Positions 48,169 through 63,888 are shown, counted from the first letter of the stretch. The stretch is DNA of 64,000 nt from Octopus vulgaris (GCA_951406725.2 OX597823.1:69440001-69504000), one strand, 5' to 3'. The notes: generated by a model from the letters alone, not told the origin. Numbers and translations: made by a program.

Positions 48169-49469
48169 TTGATGTGTTTTCTTTTTGCTTTGCATCATGC
48201 TAGTATTTTGATATAGGATATAACAACGTTTTCAAGAGAACTATTGGAATTGAAACTTATTCCTCTACGTTTGCAACTTCAATATCAACTTGACTTAGCA
48301 ATAGAATTTGCAAAACTTCCGTATCATTTTCAGTTACGTCTCAAATGGATTGGATAAACTCAGCGGGGTTGAAAGTATTACTCTACAAATTAAAAATTAA
48401 AGTTTAATTTCATAATTATCTTTCCCGTTTTGTTGGCAAATTAAGTTTATCTGGAAATAATGAGGAAATATTTAATAAGCATCATGATGGTTATATGCTT
48501 TTCTAAAACCATTCATCTTTGAAGTCCTGGCAAATAGTAACAAAGCAATCATATTGCAAAATTATTTGTTTTCTTTTTCTCTAAATTAATGAACTTTATT
48601 GGAAATGTGTGCTACAGCCATGCTATGCAATGCGGTCTTTTATATCTTTTAGTTGGTAAATTCTAGTTTAAAATTTAACTAAATACTAATTTTGATATTT
48701 AAAAGAGAATTTTTGCTCTCCGAAATTATAGCTTGTCTGTTTTGTTTTCTGGATTTCTCTAATGTGAACAGTATTGAAAGAGCGTACTAATTTGTTGTTG
48801 GCTGAAGCAACTTTTCAAATTCAATTAGAATTTAGTTTAGTATTGTATTCAGTAATAATACATGTGCCGTTAGCTAAGCAAACAATTAATCTTCTCTCCC
48901 TATTGAAGAACGAAAGCCTAAACAGTAGGCTTCTTTCTGCAGCAACAGAATTTATTTCATTCACACGCAGTAGTTGTGGTTAGTTTTTTCCAATATTTTT
49001 CATTGCAAACTGAGAAAAAGCATTATTAATATGCACACCCAAACCCTTCTCTGTAAAATATTGCAAGCACATTAGAGAGTACGACCCGCTAGATATAACA
49101 GTCAAATAACAATCAAATTACCCACTACGGTTAAAAACGGAAGAGCATATTCTATTTAATTTAATCATAGCTACTGATACCAAAAACAAAACTAGTTATT
49201 TTAGGCAAATTCATGCTATAAAGCAGGCGACTTTAGAGATTTGTTAGAAATATAGATAGACTGCTTCGTAGCATTTGTTTTGCTTCTCTTCACTTTGAAT
49301 TCAAACCCTCCCCTGAAAAATTTAACTTGTATTTTTTCATGTCGACAAAATACTTGCAATCTAGAACATTTTAGCGCGCTGGACGGGTATATGTCTGTAT
49401 CGACACCAGTATTGTTATAGGCGCTTCGATAGCAACACCTGGCATATATATTTTGTAAATATCTTTAAC

Positions 49470-49680
49470 ATGGCGAGCTGGCAAAATCTTTAGCACACCG
49501 GAGAAAATGTTGAACGGTATTTCGTCCGTCTTTACGTTCTAAGTTCAAATTCTGCCGATGTTAACTTTATATTTCATCCTTTCGGGGTCAAGAAATTAAG
49601 TATCAGTTGAACACTTTGGTCGAATTATTCGACTTACACCCTGCCAAGATTTTGCTAGTCTGGTGCCAAAATTTGAAATT
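49470..49680 (+). mobile_element. SINE family A
   Basis: GGCGAGCTGGCA..TTAGCAC head, GTTCAAATTC B-box, TTTCATCCTTTCGGGGTC domain. Confidence 0.8.
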
Positions 49681-51805
49681 AATATTTTACAAATATCTGA
49701 GACTGTTGCTATTTACGACTAATTGAATGTGTGTCTTCATAGTATCTCCACCTACACCAAGTTTCAATTATTTTGTCCCCAGTAATCATCGACTCACTCA
49801 TTACTGGATATATACATAACACATGCTTCACGTAGCCAACTGAAGAAAAGAAATGAAGGTTAATATTCAAATCTAAACTGTACATGTTATATATGTAATA
49901 TGTACATATCCAAACATTTTGATGACGATAGGAAATTAAACTGACCGAAACGTTGTGTAGGGTTAAACACTGGAAAATGTTTCATTCCTTAAGATGAGGT
50001 AAATAGATCAATAAACGCTTTAGCTTCTGAGTATTGTATTGATATAGAGTCCTGAACATGGACATTTTTCAAAAAACACATTAAAAATATTTGTGTGTGG
50101 TTTCAAAATTTAAAATTCCATCACGTGTGGATATGGAGGTTGTTTTTTTTCAAATGGTAGAATTCATAGAAGGCAGAGCTACATTAATGGTGTGTTATTT
50201 TTAAAAAGTGTTTCAAACAGAAATTTACCTATCAAATCGTTGCAATGCTTCTAGGTGGGATATGTAGAACTGAAAGGCTTTGTAACGCAAAGATGCAAGA
50301 TAACTGAATCTGCATATTTATTGAGTATGTAATGTACCCCCATCTCTTTTCTGCAATGTTAATTTTACATGGAATGTAGCTAGCTCCCTAGTTTCTCGAG
50401 ATCGAAAAGTTTTAATAGCTATCATGCGTTTATAGGAGTCAAATATTAGAAAGCGATTTCACAGTAAACTGATTTCACCAACCATTTGCAGCAATTTAAT
50501 TCTATCGCATTGCTAATAAATGTAAGATAAATGTTTTGTTCTAGCTACATAGCCTGATGCCGATGAGGGATAAACATATTCCGTTCTTCCCGTATTAGTT
50601 TCCAGTATGTTACGGAAACATCCCCATTCCAGACAATCCGTAATGTAAACTGAGGTATCTAAACCATAATAAACGATGAAACTATAAAAAAAAATTTACG
50701 AGGTTCATGAAAGATATCAGCTTAAAACAGAAGAATTCAACAGGAAACAATAGTGGATGATCGTTGAAGAGAAACTATGACAAACGATGTGAGCGGTCTA
50801 GAAAATACGTTGCGATAAACTACTTGAAACTGCTTTAAAGATAACATTATTAGAAATCAATAGTGAATGTGCACGGAAAAAAACATTAGGAACACAGATT
50901 TCATGTTCCTCATTGAAAAAAAATGCATTTTACAATGATGTGCTGTTAAAGAGGCAATGCGCTAAATATTTAAACCGTATAAACTTTAGTTGTGTGGAAG
51001 TTCTGAATTATAGCATAATACTAAATAAAAAGAGACAACATTGGAAGGCAGGTTATATGTTTTTCGTCTCTTGTATACTGATTTAGTTCATCTCACCACT
51101 TGTCCCTTCATCCCTGAATAACTGATGCCTCACAACCCGTCTCACAGTAACCACTTCTTCGAAATAACGAAATGGAAGTAACAATGGCTCACATCACCCA
51201 CCAGCTACCTCTCTAAAGTAATGAAATACAATCAAAGCATACCCCCATACTATCATTTACACCAAACAGAGCTCTCTAAAGATGTGAAAGGGAAACAGTA
51301 AGTCAATGAAAGATAGAGCTGATGATATATAAAAGTATCGCCTGGTCTGACTTGGTTTGCCTACAGTGTCGTTACTTAACAGCATAACCCCTCCCACCAC
51401 CAATCATGCAAAGTGGCGTTCGTGGATTTCGACTGGCCTCAGTATTTACCAAGGGAGTTTCTACATAATCGCACAAACTGCTAGAAACATTTCCCAATTC
51501 TCCCTCATATCACTTCCTATTTTTTAAAATGAAGGGTATGTTAGATAATGTGTTTTGTGTACAAAAAGGTAAGGTACATTTTACTAGAATACCTTTGATA
51601 TTTCGGTCAAGATTTATCTGGAGTAAAACAACAACAACAACCTACCAAGGAACTTAATTTCAAGCCAACGTAGTAAGGCCCAAGTGCGATCAAAGGTCCT
51701 TCTAGAAATAATAGAATTTGGCTCGTATTACATCCACTGACTTAAATTAAGAAAGGAACTACTAAATATTTTAGTTCTGTAGTTACAAGAAAATAAAATT
51801 TATAG

Positions 51806-51858
<53 letters not shown>

Positions 51859-54800
51859 TGTATATATACATGCATACATATATCATATATGCATACATGC
51901 ACTGTATATATATATATATATATATATATACAGTGCATGTATGCATATATGATATATGTATGCATGTATGCATATATGATACATACATTTTTGTTTGCTA
52001 AGTCTCGGGGAAGAGACAGAGCTTAGTAAAGAATACTTACACTTTATGATGTTTGATTATTAATTCTTCAGAAATTTTAATAATATCTGGAAAATACAAA
52101 TATATTGTATTACACACGCACAAAGACTTTATCAGTTATTACAGCTGCATATTTCATATTTTGTTGAACGTAAATATAATATATAATCACTTTTTCGAAG
52201 GTTTATAGCAAAACCTCTTTCTCGATTTTTGCATTGAAAATTAATTTAATAACTTTAGCTTCTGAAGATTATGTTTTATTTAAAACATGTTTCCCTGTTA
52301 CTAATGTAATTTTCGTGCAGATAGCAAGCAATTTTGTATTAAAATATATTTTTCTTAATATCTTACATAAGATTCCTAATTCTTTATTAATACTACCTCA
52401 AGAACTTTAGTATCATCTTGGATTAAAATGCTTTCTACAGTCATTGAGATAGACGCTTAATTCTACATTTACTAAATTTATCTAATCTTGCAAAATAGGT
52501 GCCATTAAAGTAGTTACCATGATAATCTGGAAAGTTTACTTGTGATATTCTGACTTTGTCTTAGAGATAATATCTATAGCATTGGCTTAATAATGCAGAA
52601 TTGAAAAGAGTTAAGTTACTTTTCTAAAAAGTATTATTAACGTATGTTTCTGACTTACTATACATACAAAGTAGCTTCAGACTCCAAACACGCTGGTAAG
52701 AACTAAAGTTGTGATTTCGACTGTTAGACAATCTGTACTATTATTAATTTCCAATGAATAGAAGAGACGGGAGTTCATGGTCTTTTTTCAAACCCTGCAA
52801 GAGAAAATTATACTTTCACAACGGAAATCCGGTCTTAGTGTCTGCAATAGAGTGGACCCCGCTAAAGACACATAAAAGCGATGTGCCCATGTTAAACTGC
52901 GTATCCGATTAGGTGTGCCGCCCACTCAATCAGTTACATGAGTAGATGTGAACAACTCAAGCATTATCAAACAGTATATATTTGTTTTGCTGTAAATAGT
53001 TGTTTTTCTACAACTTCTCATTGTACAACCACTTCCCGTAAGATAGGAAAGTTGGCTTGATGTTCTTATGTCTATTTTTAGGAGTGACTAGCAATATAGT
53101 TACGAATAAAAATTCTATTTTGTTTTTCTTTTGTATATACTTTGAAAATAATTTATGGATATTGTTCAAAACATTTCCTATTAATTATGGTTCTATTCGA
53201 TTTCTTTCATTCATCAGTCTTTGATTAGTCACTTGAAAGAGAGCCACTCATATAAGGAAATGGTTTTCTGTTTTACACTTTTACCGAAACTTCATATTCA
53301 CGTATGAAAACAAAAGAAGAATTGGAGTTTAAAAGAGGATTAAAGTATAGAGAATACGGTTGATCAGATATTTTATAGACATAACAAGAAATCTGATCAG
53401 ACCAATGAAGAAAATTGAAAGAAATTACTACAGTACTTGAGGCCATAACAATGATGTATTAGAAATCTTTATGAATTTTTTTCTTTTTTGCATTTTTGTA
53501 TAGCATTACTGTCTTCAATTGAATCAAAACTACTTTAGTAAAATTTGGGAGAAAATTGAATTTTTCAAAGAACTCTTAATATTCAGTAGCTAAGGATATG
53601 AAATCCATTTTCAATACAAAAATCAGGGAATAGCTTTCGCTATAACCTTCTGCAAGTTGATTATTTATTTTCGCTTTCAGAAATCTGCAGCTGTTATGAA
53701 TAAAAGAGGTATTTGTGAAACACAATGTTTTTGTATTCAACAGATATTTTGAAGCGTTATCAAAACGCTGAAGAATCACGAATCAAACAAAATCAAAGTA
53801 TGGATATTCTTTACGAAGACATTTCAATATAATATCATGGTATGATTTTTTAAATGTTTTTTTTTTCGTTTTCAGGCTGTGTATATTATTCCAATATTTG
53901 TATGTAAAGCAAATAAAATATAATTTTACTCTTTTCGAATATCACAGTGGATTTTATGCCATAGACACAATTTTTTTACATATCTGGATCATACAGTATT
54001 GTTCATTTTGTAAAGGTGGTTTGGTGGGGCACCATGCTAACTGCCATTTCGTAAACTAGAGATTGTTTTCGTGCAACACTAAAGTATTGTGAGCTAATGA
54101 AATTTTTGCGTATTTTTCGATCGTGATATTTCGTATAAGAACCAAATATAATACATTATTTTACTCTTTTCAAATATCACCATGGTTTGCCATCACAAAG
54201 ACACAACTTGTTGCGTATCTGAGGTCTATCGCATCGCATATTTTGATGTTTTGGTTTTATAGTCCACTGCACCAACCGCTTTCTCCTAAACCAGAGAATA
54301 TTTTCATTTAGTAATATTTCAACTAAAGCATAGGTAGCTAATAGCCATTGAGGGTTAAATGTAACGGACAGAGCACATTGTAACACATACTGTTTGTAAA
54401 TTAAGAGATTCTTATTTATTTGATCTTCTACTTCTCTTATTGAGCTTGTTGATGTACGGTGTTCCCAGAAATAAATTCGTAAAATACAAGCCCACGAGAA
54501 ATACATTATGTGACTGTTTCGACCTGCAAGAAATACAACCAAATCTTATTCAAATTAAACTTTCTATATTAAAAAAAAGGAACGTCACATTGGGTAAAGT
54601 AATGTAGTGCCCTGAAATAAATGGAATGGTCACTACTGGAATGCCACTATTCATAGATCACATCGGCCATCACTGATCCATGCTTAAACAACTGTGTGAC
54701 TAACAAGGAATTTCATTTAATCTATAATATTCACAAAGAATGATCGCCCTATGCTTTTCTGCTACGAATTTGAACGTATCAACATATTTTGGTTTGATCA

Positions 54801-55557
54801 GTTTAACAAAATAAAATTTCCTTCTGATAGAATAATTTACACGAATACAAGAAGATTGCATTTCTTCTATCTATTCCAATACAATGGAAGCCAGCACTTT
54901 CCAAAAGCTGACTAACTGACAATGATTACAATTTCCCAACAAAAATTACTGACATAACTCAAGTTCAATAATTTACAAACTGGAACACAACAGGAACAAT
55001 TCTGTGGATTCAGCTTTTTAGGGAATGTATTATTTATACTTGAGTAAGTCCACTCTTTGCTTATACATCGATAAAAAGAAACTCATCGTATCGTCTAAGA
55101 CTTTTATAGTTTATATACTTTGTATAATTTCTTTCTTTCCATTATATATTATATCACATTGATTCGACATGACAGTTGTATTATAAGGTACGTTTTTGAG
55201 GAATGCTCAGTCAAGAACACGTTAATTTCCTCAGTGGTAATATTCAGTTCATTGAACATCGTCCAAACCGACGAAGAAACCACCTTTTCTTTATTTTCGT
55301 CTATTAAATTATTTCACCGAATAAAGGAGTGAGTTATTGTTGTTGTAGTCCTATGGTGAAAAACATTCGAGCTGTAACCATCCCGTTCTTTTTTAAAATA
55401 TGTAAAAAAAAAGCACATGAAATATTTTTGGCTTTTCTTTTTCTTAGTATACGGAATGACAATATAGAGACTTTTGACTAAAATTTCTAACTTACACAAT
55501 GACGACATGGAGGGCTCGCTTTGCAACGAAGACAATGAGTTTTCAGAAACTGTCGAG

Positions 55558-55632
55558 CTTTACAATATTTATATTGCTTTATATTGCTTTACAATATTTA
55601 TATTGCTTTATATTGCTTTACAATATTTATAT
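55558..55632. repeat. 29-bp minisatellite (TTTACAATATTTATATTGCTTTATATTGC), about 2.5 copies
   Basis: Direct reading. Confidence 0.85.
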
Positions 55633-58600
55633 AAATACACAGATTATATGTCCCTTTTCCCTCTATTTTGAGTTCATCCCTCACTGGCTTATCTTGCCTT
55701 TCCTCTTGTGTGATTTTGATAAAGAAGGCAAACAAGTTGTGTAAGCAACCAATTGTATTGTACTTATTATATATAAATTATTTTTTGAATGAACAACGAT
55801 TCGGTTTTAACTCCTATTTTTAATAAACTTTGGCATTTTTCAAGCTTTCCAAGACAAGTAATCGAAATAGAGAAGGTTGTCATCAGACGGAAGAGCTCGC
55901 CAAATAGAAGTAATAGAGTGAAATCAGCTAAAAGGAACTAAACGTGCAGACATATTATGTCTTAACACAAAGAACAGAACCGTGGGATTTTCACTCGGTT
56001 TCCAGCACCCAAATTTCATTCCCAAGACTTAAGTTAACCTGAGGCTTTGGTAGACGAGTGAAGTGAGAATCGTGGGACTGAGAGGCAAACGTCTGAAACA
56101 TAACACTGCTCCCGTTTTAACGACACAGTTATTACTGCGTTCGTAATTAGTTAAAGGAAGAATATTCTACGATGGTATCTTCCATATCACAATTTCCACG
56201 TGCTTCCCTGGCCATTGACGAGATTTGAATCTGAGCTTAAAAAGCTGGAACAAATACCGCAAGATATCTAGACGGACATTCTTGTGCTTCCGCTATTCTA
56301 CCGCCGAAATTGATAATTTGAAATCAGAGCAGAGAGATTTAGGTTAAACATTGTAAGGTATGCTATGCAAAGCTCTAGCGATTCGGCTCCTCCGGTGCTT
56401 ATATTTGCTATAAACATCAGAATTTCCGTCATCTCTCGTTATTTGAACTTATATGTTCTTACTAATCGTTCGTACTGTCGATCAAGAAAGTTAAAATACA
56501 TCAAGGCATGTATCTGTTGTCGTTATTGTTATTTTTTTCGTTTTGCAGTCGGCCCCGACTGAGCAGATTTAGAAATCATGCTTTCCAGTATGACTATTAC
56601 ATTTTTTCTTTCATAAAGTGTACAATTTACTTTAGTTTATGAAAGGTGTGATTTGAATAAATTTGGTTGTTATTTCTAGGATTCCAAATGAGTAGGTAGA
56701 AGTTCCCCAGTTGGCTCATTCGTATTGCAGCCGATACTGTTTGTGCATCACAAATCAAGAAATTGCATTCATAGCATTCGGTCTTTGCGTCTCTACTGAA
56801 TTAAATAGTTTCTCCCAATTTACTAAAATGGATGTCAGGTTAGTATCATTTGAACCAGGAATTATCTCAGAAAACTGTTTCAATGCATATTCCAAGTGGA
56901 TGATAAAAGCCTATATTTTGTTTCTTAAATTTTATCATTATGTCTTAAGACAGAATTTATTGACACTAATTATAAATTCTATTTCTGAGAATAGGAATTA
57001 ATTTAAATCTAACATTTAGTCGAATCTAAAATCAATTTGAGATGATGACATTGTCAGCTTCACCGTTGACAACGAACGCAGGTATCCAGACAAAAACATG
57101 GCGATACATTTACTTTAAAAAATTGAATACGATATTAAAAAATGTTATTTTTTTTATCTAAATATTCTAACATCGGATTTTGATATTTTTTTTAAATCGA
57201 AAGTAGAATATTGTAACAAAAATTCAAATGTGTGTTGCATAGTTACCATTCATTCTCAGATAATTGTTCTAATAATAATCACTTTTAAGCAATCGTCATA
57301 TGTTGAATACTTTCAAAATTTAGAATTATTCAGTTGCAAACCAAAAGGTCATTCCAGATTAAGAATCTATATCTGTTCACCAAGGATAATGTTTTCAGCA
57401 ACACTGAAATTTTTTTAAAAATTTCTTTATTTATTTATACTTTATTTATTTGCCTCATTCTCAGCTATTCTACTTTATCAAATCGCTTCTTATGCATCTC
57501 CTTCCAGTGTCTCACATATCTGCTGATACTGTTTTCTTCAATCTGTCATCAACTAGAATTAGTAAATAATGAGAGACGGATGGATAACTAGAATACATAT
57601 ATATATATTTCATGTATTCATGTATGTATGTATGTATGTATGTATGTATGTATGTATGTATGTATGTATGTATGTATGTATGTGTGTATGTAAGTATGCA
57701 CGTATGTATGTATTTATTATGTATGTATGTATGTATATATAACTTTGGCTATTCAGAAAGTTGGCGACATAAAGAGAACGGCAAGTAATATTAATAGAAT
57801 CAATCAGACTAGAAACAAAACTATTATTAGATTTGATTTATTGATAAATAATATATTACTAAAATACTCTAATGAGACTTGGGAAATATCTTGTTCTGCT
57901 ATCTTTCTTGTAAGTTTAGTTACTCTTATTGTGACATAACTTCAACTGAAATATACAGCTAACATTGAAAATATTCTACTAGCACACTGATACGATATCT
58001 ATCAAACCAAACGAACCAATACTAACCCATTGCCATCACACTGCCATATCAAGAGCCAACCATGAATTCTCTATTCTACAGCTATCGTCAGTGCTATGAG
58101 TAAAAGTACCTCACTCCTGTAAACTATGCAAAGACATGAGTATTGTAAAATTAGCTGTTTTGATTCTGGTTCATTATCGATATTTTATGAAAGCAGCAAG
58201 TTTGAAAAGTTGGACTGCATTCTACATAGTGGACTATGTGAAGCTTTACACACTTTCACATGGTTACATATTCTAGTATCTCCCCACAGCTTGATTCATA
58301 ATACGTTTCATAAACCATGAGTATGTTATGGAATACTCTGTAACAGCAATCTGGTAGTTACAGTAGACAAGTGTTACACTCCTGCTGAGAAGAAATATAT
58401 TTTTCATTCTTATAGGGCATAAGTTATTGATTTTTAACTTGAGCAAAAACAAAAAATAATTCAAACAAACAACACGAATGCGTTTGAAAAAATTTTATAA
58501 TCGATCGAATCGATCCAGTTGCGTCACTATATTCTATCAAACGAGAGAGGTGAAAGCGAAAATAACCCACAGCGTTAATCTGGCTCTCTACCGTTACTAC

Positions 58601-59839
58601 AGTTATGTTACTGACTGGTTTTCTGGTGAGGAAATATACAACGCTCAGTAGTGTTAACTGCTGCGAACAGCACAACACTGAATCTTATTCAGGTTTATGG
58701 GTAATGAATGTATTGTAGTGCGTTTCATGAAGCAGTATATTTTTGATAAGAAATTTACGAAAAAATATCCATGGTCTACAAATCTTTCCTAAACAGTTGT
58801 AAAACTGAATAAACTGCCGACGCGGCCAATTACTTACTTCCACAGATCATACTACACTTCAAGTAGCTAACTTGCTTCAGGTACCCTTGTGTTAAACGTA
58901 TAAGTGGCAAACTTTCTCATGGATTGGATCCGTGATTCGTTAACATGATTTATAGATCCTTACCAATAGGAAAAAATATAAATTGAATAGAAGATGCAGA
59001 ATAAAACAGCACTTTATTAAGTTACATTACAAAACTTTTAAAGAGGATACGATCACCTAAAACATGACTTAGTACGCTATTATTTCACTTGAGCTGATTA
59101 CCGTATAACATACAAGTCAACAAAGCCATTTCTATGTCAAGGCTTGAGTCTTGTTCACCCACAATCATTTAGAATCAAGGAAGCATAGATTTAATTCCTA
59201 GATCTGATGATAGTTTACCGCATAAATGGGCGGAAGTTGACTAATTTTGAGACTTATGACATGGCTTCGGTGAAGCATTGTGGAACATAAAATGGAAGGC
59301 ATTTTAAAAATCAGCCGTCAAAAACTAAGAAACATTAAATCAAATGTAATCACAAGATTTTGAGGAGACTGGAAGAGGTTTATGTCGACTTCAATTTCGT
59401 AAAACGTAATACATAACTTATGTTGACGTCGTAAGAAGGATTGACTCCCAATGTATAAAATAAAACCAGTTGTTAATTGTGTATGTCATTTTAAGCAAAC
59501 GCAATGCAGTTTCCGAGGTAAACACGAAATGTCTTAAATCATAAACCTTCGCAACGTTAGTTGCTTCATATGAAGATATAATAACCGTAGACAGAAATGT
59601 GAATAGAATGTTTAAAGAATCATGTCAGGCAAGAATATTTATATAAACACACGAACACGCACACACACATATCTATCAATATACATATATCACTTTTTAA
59701 AGTTATCTCTACAGACTTTCTATAGGTATTAGAGCAAGCACTGTAAGTTACGCTATTTCGCATATGAATACGTCTATATAAATAAAAGATAGAAAATGAA
59801 GTAATGTGTAACACAGTCACTGGTGTTATGTTCCACCCC

Positions 59840-60012
59840 CCACCCCCCGCGGTAGGTGAAAATCCAAGAAATAGAAATAGTATTGTATATCTTTTAATAT
59901 TTTTATAATTTGTATATAATTTATTACGGAGCAATCGACGTAAGCTTAAATAATAAAGTGCGATAAGTGAACTGCGATAGGTGAACCGCGATATGGCGAG
60001 GGATTATTATAT
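59840..60012. mobile_element. Tigger/pogo-like MITE end
   Basis: GCGATAAGTGAACTGCGATAGGTGAACCGCGATATGGCGAGGGATTA resembles a Tigger-type TIR with subterminal repeats. Partner TIR not found. Confidence 0.5.
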
Positions 60013-60415
60013 ACAATTATGTTACACTGCTAAATTTTGTGGCCACTTCAACAATGTGTTCGTGGTTGGTTAATGGGTTGTATATGGCGCTGAAGAAGGA
60101 GCAAGAACTCCTAAAATATGCATATACACTCATTACCTATTTTTGCGTCTTCGATCGCATTATGTATATAGACGTATTCGTATATGGAACGATGTAGCTT
60201 TCAGAGGTGGCTCTAATTTCTGTAGAAAATATCTGAAGATAACTTTAAAACGCGATTTAAACGCACTGCTAACACAGGTAGGTCACAATGTTGATTAAAA
60301 AAGATTTTAATATGTTTGGTAGTATATTATGGTCGCATAAGAAAATACAATGTCCCTACCAGTGATTAATACACTCCCATATGTGTGTGTTTGTATACAT
60401 ATATATGTGTGTGTG

Positions 60416-60457
<42 letters not shown>

Positions 60458-60784
60458 GAGTTAAATGTGTCCATTACTCTTTTCATTTCCTTTGTTTCGT
60501 TATTACCATCGTTTAAAATTATACATAAACAGTAGTAGGGGTCTAGATTGAATTCTTTATCTTCACTTTCTATATGTCCTGACAACAAACTAAATCGAAG
60601 CGCATCTATCTTCGTATATATCGCCGTTGTTGCTGTCTTATTCTTCTTCTAATCAGGACTCACGCCATTACCCACAAAGAATAATCTCTGATTCGAGCCT
60701 ACTCTAAGCTACTAAGAATGTATATGTCACCTTGAAGATCCACACACCACACGCGATAGACTGGCGGTTGTACGGGCTCGAAAA

Positions 60785-61150
60785 CTATGTTGTTATCCTC
60801 ATTCCGTAAACGGTGGCTTTTAACGGGTGGAGAGCTGAACCATCCTGGGGTACAGAGGATTCGCAACATAGACTAGGGTCTGAAAGTTTACCACACCATA
60901 GTGGGTTACACCATGGTTCCTCAGCTTTGTTGCAGAAGTAGGAAGAAAGAGTGAGAGAAAGTTGTGGTGAAAGAGTACAGCGGAGTTCACCCCCCCCCCC
61001 CGCTGGAGCCCCGCTGGAGCCCCGCTGGAGCCCCGTGGAGCTTAGGTGCTTTTGCTCAATAAACACCCACAATGCCTGATCGGGGAATCGAAACCGCGTT
61101 CTTACGACTGCGAGTCCGCTGCCCTAACCACTGGGCCATTACGCCTCCAC
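60785..61150 (-). mobile_element. tRNA-derived SINE, family B variant, with internal (CCCCGCTGGAG)3
   Basis: Minus strand GGAGGCGTAATGGCCCAGTGGTTAGGGCAGCGGACTCGCAGTC..GGTTTCGATTCCCCG. The 3' part differs from the other copies. Confidence 0.78.
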
Positions 61151-61856
61151 CGTTGTTGCTGTTGTTACTATTGTAGTTGTTGTCGGAGTTGATATTGATG
61201 TTTTGCCTCAGGTCAGTCCGCCGGACTGAGCAGACTTTTGACCAAAGGGTATTCAATAGCAACAGTATCTAACATGTTCGCTTTTTGTTGTTCTTTATGA
61301 CTGCAGTTTGTGAGCTGAGGTATGTGGATCTGATTCATATTTCTGGCCTTTCATGCAACCACGAAAAGACTCTTTCATTGTTTCAAATTTTTCAAGGTTC
61401 ATAAAATATTTACCAACCAGCGTCATAGCTGCTACATCGATTAAACCAACTACATCGCATCAGTACAAATTTTTGACCTTGTACTAACATAAAAAATAAT
61501 TTCTTTGAAATATCACATATTATGAAATTGGTCAAACACTCAGCAGAAACTGAATTCTTACCTCTGTTCTTTCACCTAGTAATCAATAATGTCTGCCAGT
61601 TGACGTGTTCTTTTCTCTCTATGTTGGCGTAGTCAAATTTAGCAATCGCTCTCTTTATCTCCTACTATTGAAACTGTAACTTCATCCATCATACTGTCTT
61701 CGAACAGAGATTCGCATATATGTCATGACACCATCAGCCAAAATAATTTCATCAACATGAAACACATACACATTTGTCTTCTATCTTCCTCTTTATGTGT
61801 GTCTGTCTCTCTCTGTCTTTCTGTGTGTTTTTATTTACTCTCTATATACGAACATA

Positions 61857-61900
<44 letters not shown>

Positions 61901-61901
61901 G

Positions 61902-61966
<65 letters not shown>

Positions 61967-61987
61967 ATATATATATATATATATATA

Positions 61988-62026
<39 letters not shown>

Positions 62027-62990
62027 TCACACACACGCACACACACGTATGCATATACACACGCATATATGAATGTGTACATATATAAACATATAAACAT
62101 ATACATATATATATATGTGTGTGTGTGTGTATGTATGTTATATATATATTTATATATATATTTACACACACACACATATGTATGTATATACACCTATTTA
62201 CAAACAAGTGTTCATTTAGCTATTCAGACAAGCACCCCCCCACACACACACACACACTGATATTGATGATCAGGCAGAAATACCTATACACATATTTATC
62301 CAACGCGATATGTATGTTTAAACAGTCAATGTACGTTCTCTCGCCCAAAGAAACTTATACGTTTATATACAAACCGATATATACATATATGTACGCATAC
62401 ACATCCGTATAAAAAACTAACAGAAACAAACAGGAAATTGATATCATAAGTGCTCACATATGCATACACTCGAAACAAACACACATATACAAACAGAAAT
62501 ATATACACATGACCATTATTAAATGAAATATTTACATTTATTTACGTAAACTGGTTACTTACAAGATCATAAGACATTTTCGCTGCAAGCAAAACTATTA
62601 CACATATACACACGAATACATAAATGGATACATATGTGTACACGCGGAGGGGGTATGTTCATGTGTAAGCATTTATATGTATGTACATATTCAGCTACAG
62701 CAATAAAACCAAACTGGAAAAAGAAAATGTCCGCCCTAAAAGAACACCATTCATGCCCTCGTGATATGAATTTCAATGTGAAGATATTAAAAACAAATTG
62801 TGTCTGGGAATCTAATATCCTCCCAAGATCTACTACCTAGAAACAATTTGAATTTTATCGATCTCCAAGGCACTTGAAATAACACACAGCTGAATTCGTG
62901 CGCTTCATGCATTTAGCTCTGAGCCGTCTTAAGGTATGGGCACACTGAGAAACCATATTGCCCAACCATATTGTACGTCTGTTCTGGTTG

Positions 62991-63087
<97 letters not shown>

Positions 63088-63100
63088 AATATATATATAT

Positions 63101-63888
63101 ATAACTTAGAATAACTTAGAAAGGTTTTGGCCAGTATTGGCCCAGGCCATGTCTAACTTAATAGCACCACCTGGTGAAGTCTTTCAGTTCAGGATTTGGG
63201 CACCAAGGCCCATTCGAGCAGAGAGTTATTGTTTGCGGAGACATATCCGGGTGTGGGTGGTTTGTCCGGTACTGTTTGAAGGAATTTGTCCAAAGACTTC
63301 TTGAATTTTGTGTGGTCAGTTTCTTTTTTGACGTGCCCTGGTGTAATGTTGAAGAGAGCAGGTCCAATTGAGGTGAAATAGTTGTGCCGTATTGTCGTTA
63401 TGTGATGCGATTTAGATTTTTGTTGTGGACGGATGGCACATGGTCCAAGCCTTGGATGCATTTTGAAGGTGATGCCAACATCATTCGGACAGTGCTGGTG
63501 GAATATTTTCCACATCATACAGATAATGTAGCGTTCACGGCGTCGTTGGAGTGAATACAATTTCAGCTTCTCTAGTCTACCCCAGTAGTCAAGGTCTGAC
63601 ATGCCATCTATCTTTTTTGTGATTGACCTTTGGGGAGCTTCAATTCTCATAATATTTTGTTTTGTGTAGGGAGACCACAGTGGACAGCAGTATTCAAGGT
63701 GGGGTCGGGCAAAAGTGGAGAAGAGAAGGATAATAGCATGGGAATCTCTCGACTGGAAGGTTCTGAGAATCCAGGAACACATTCTGCGGGCCATGTCAAC
63801 TTTGCTGCTTATATGTGTAGCCCAGCTTATGTTGTTGTCCACTGTTACTCCCAGGTCTCTGATGTTGTTGGATGCCATGAGAATTTCT
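63101..63888 (-). mobile_element. 5'-truncated CR1-group LINE 3' end; RT C-terminal region open at 63878-63189
   Basis: RDLGVTVDNNISW..HI, RPHLEYCCPLWSPY, RLEKLKLYSLQRRRER. Short 3' UTR ending in two copies of TCTAAGTTAT. (TA)n on both sides. Confidence 0.88.

Noticed and set aside
61075-61150. Functional tRNA genes here and at 17101, 44155, 47435
   Set aside because: A/B boxes are present but there is no complete cloverleaf or acceptor stem, and they continue into SINE bodies or repeats.
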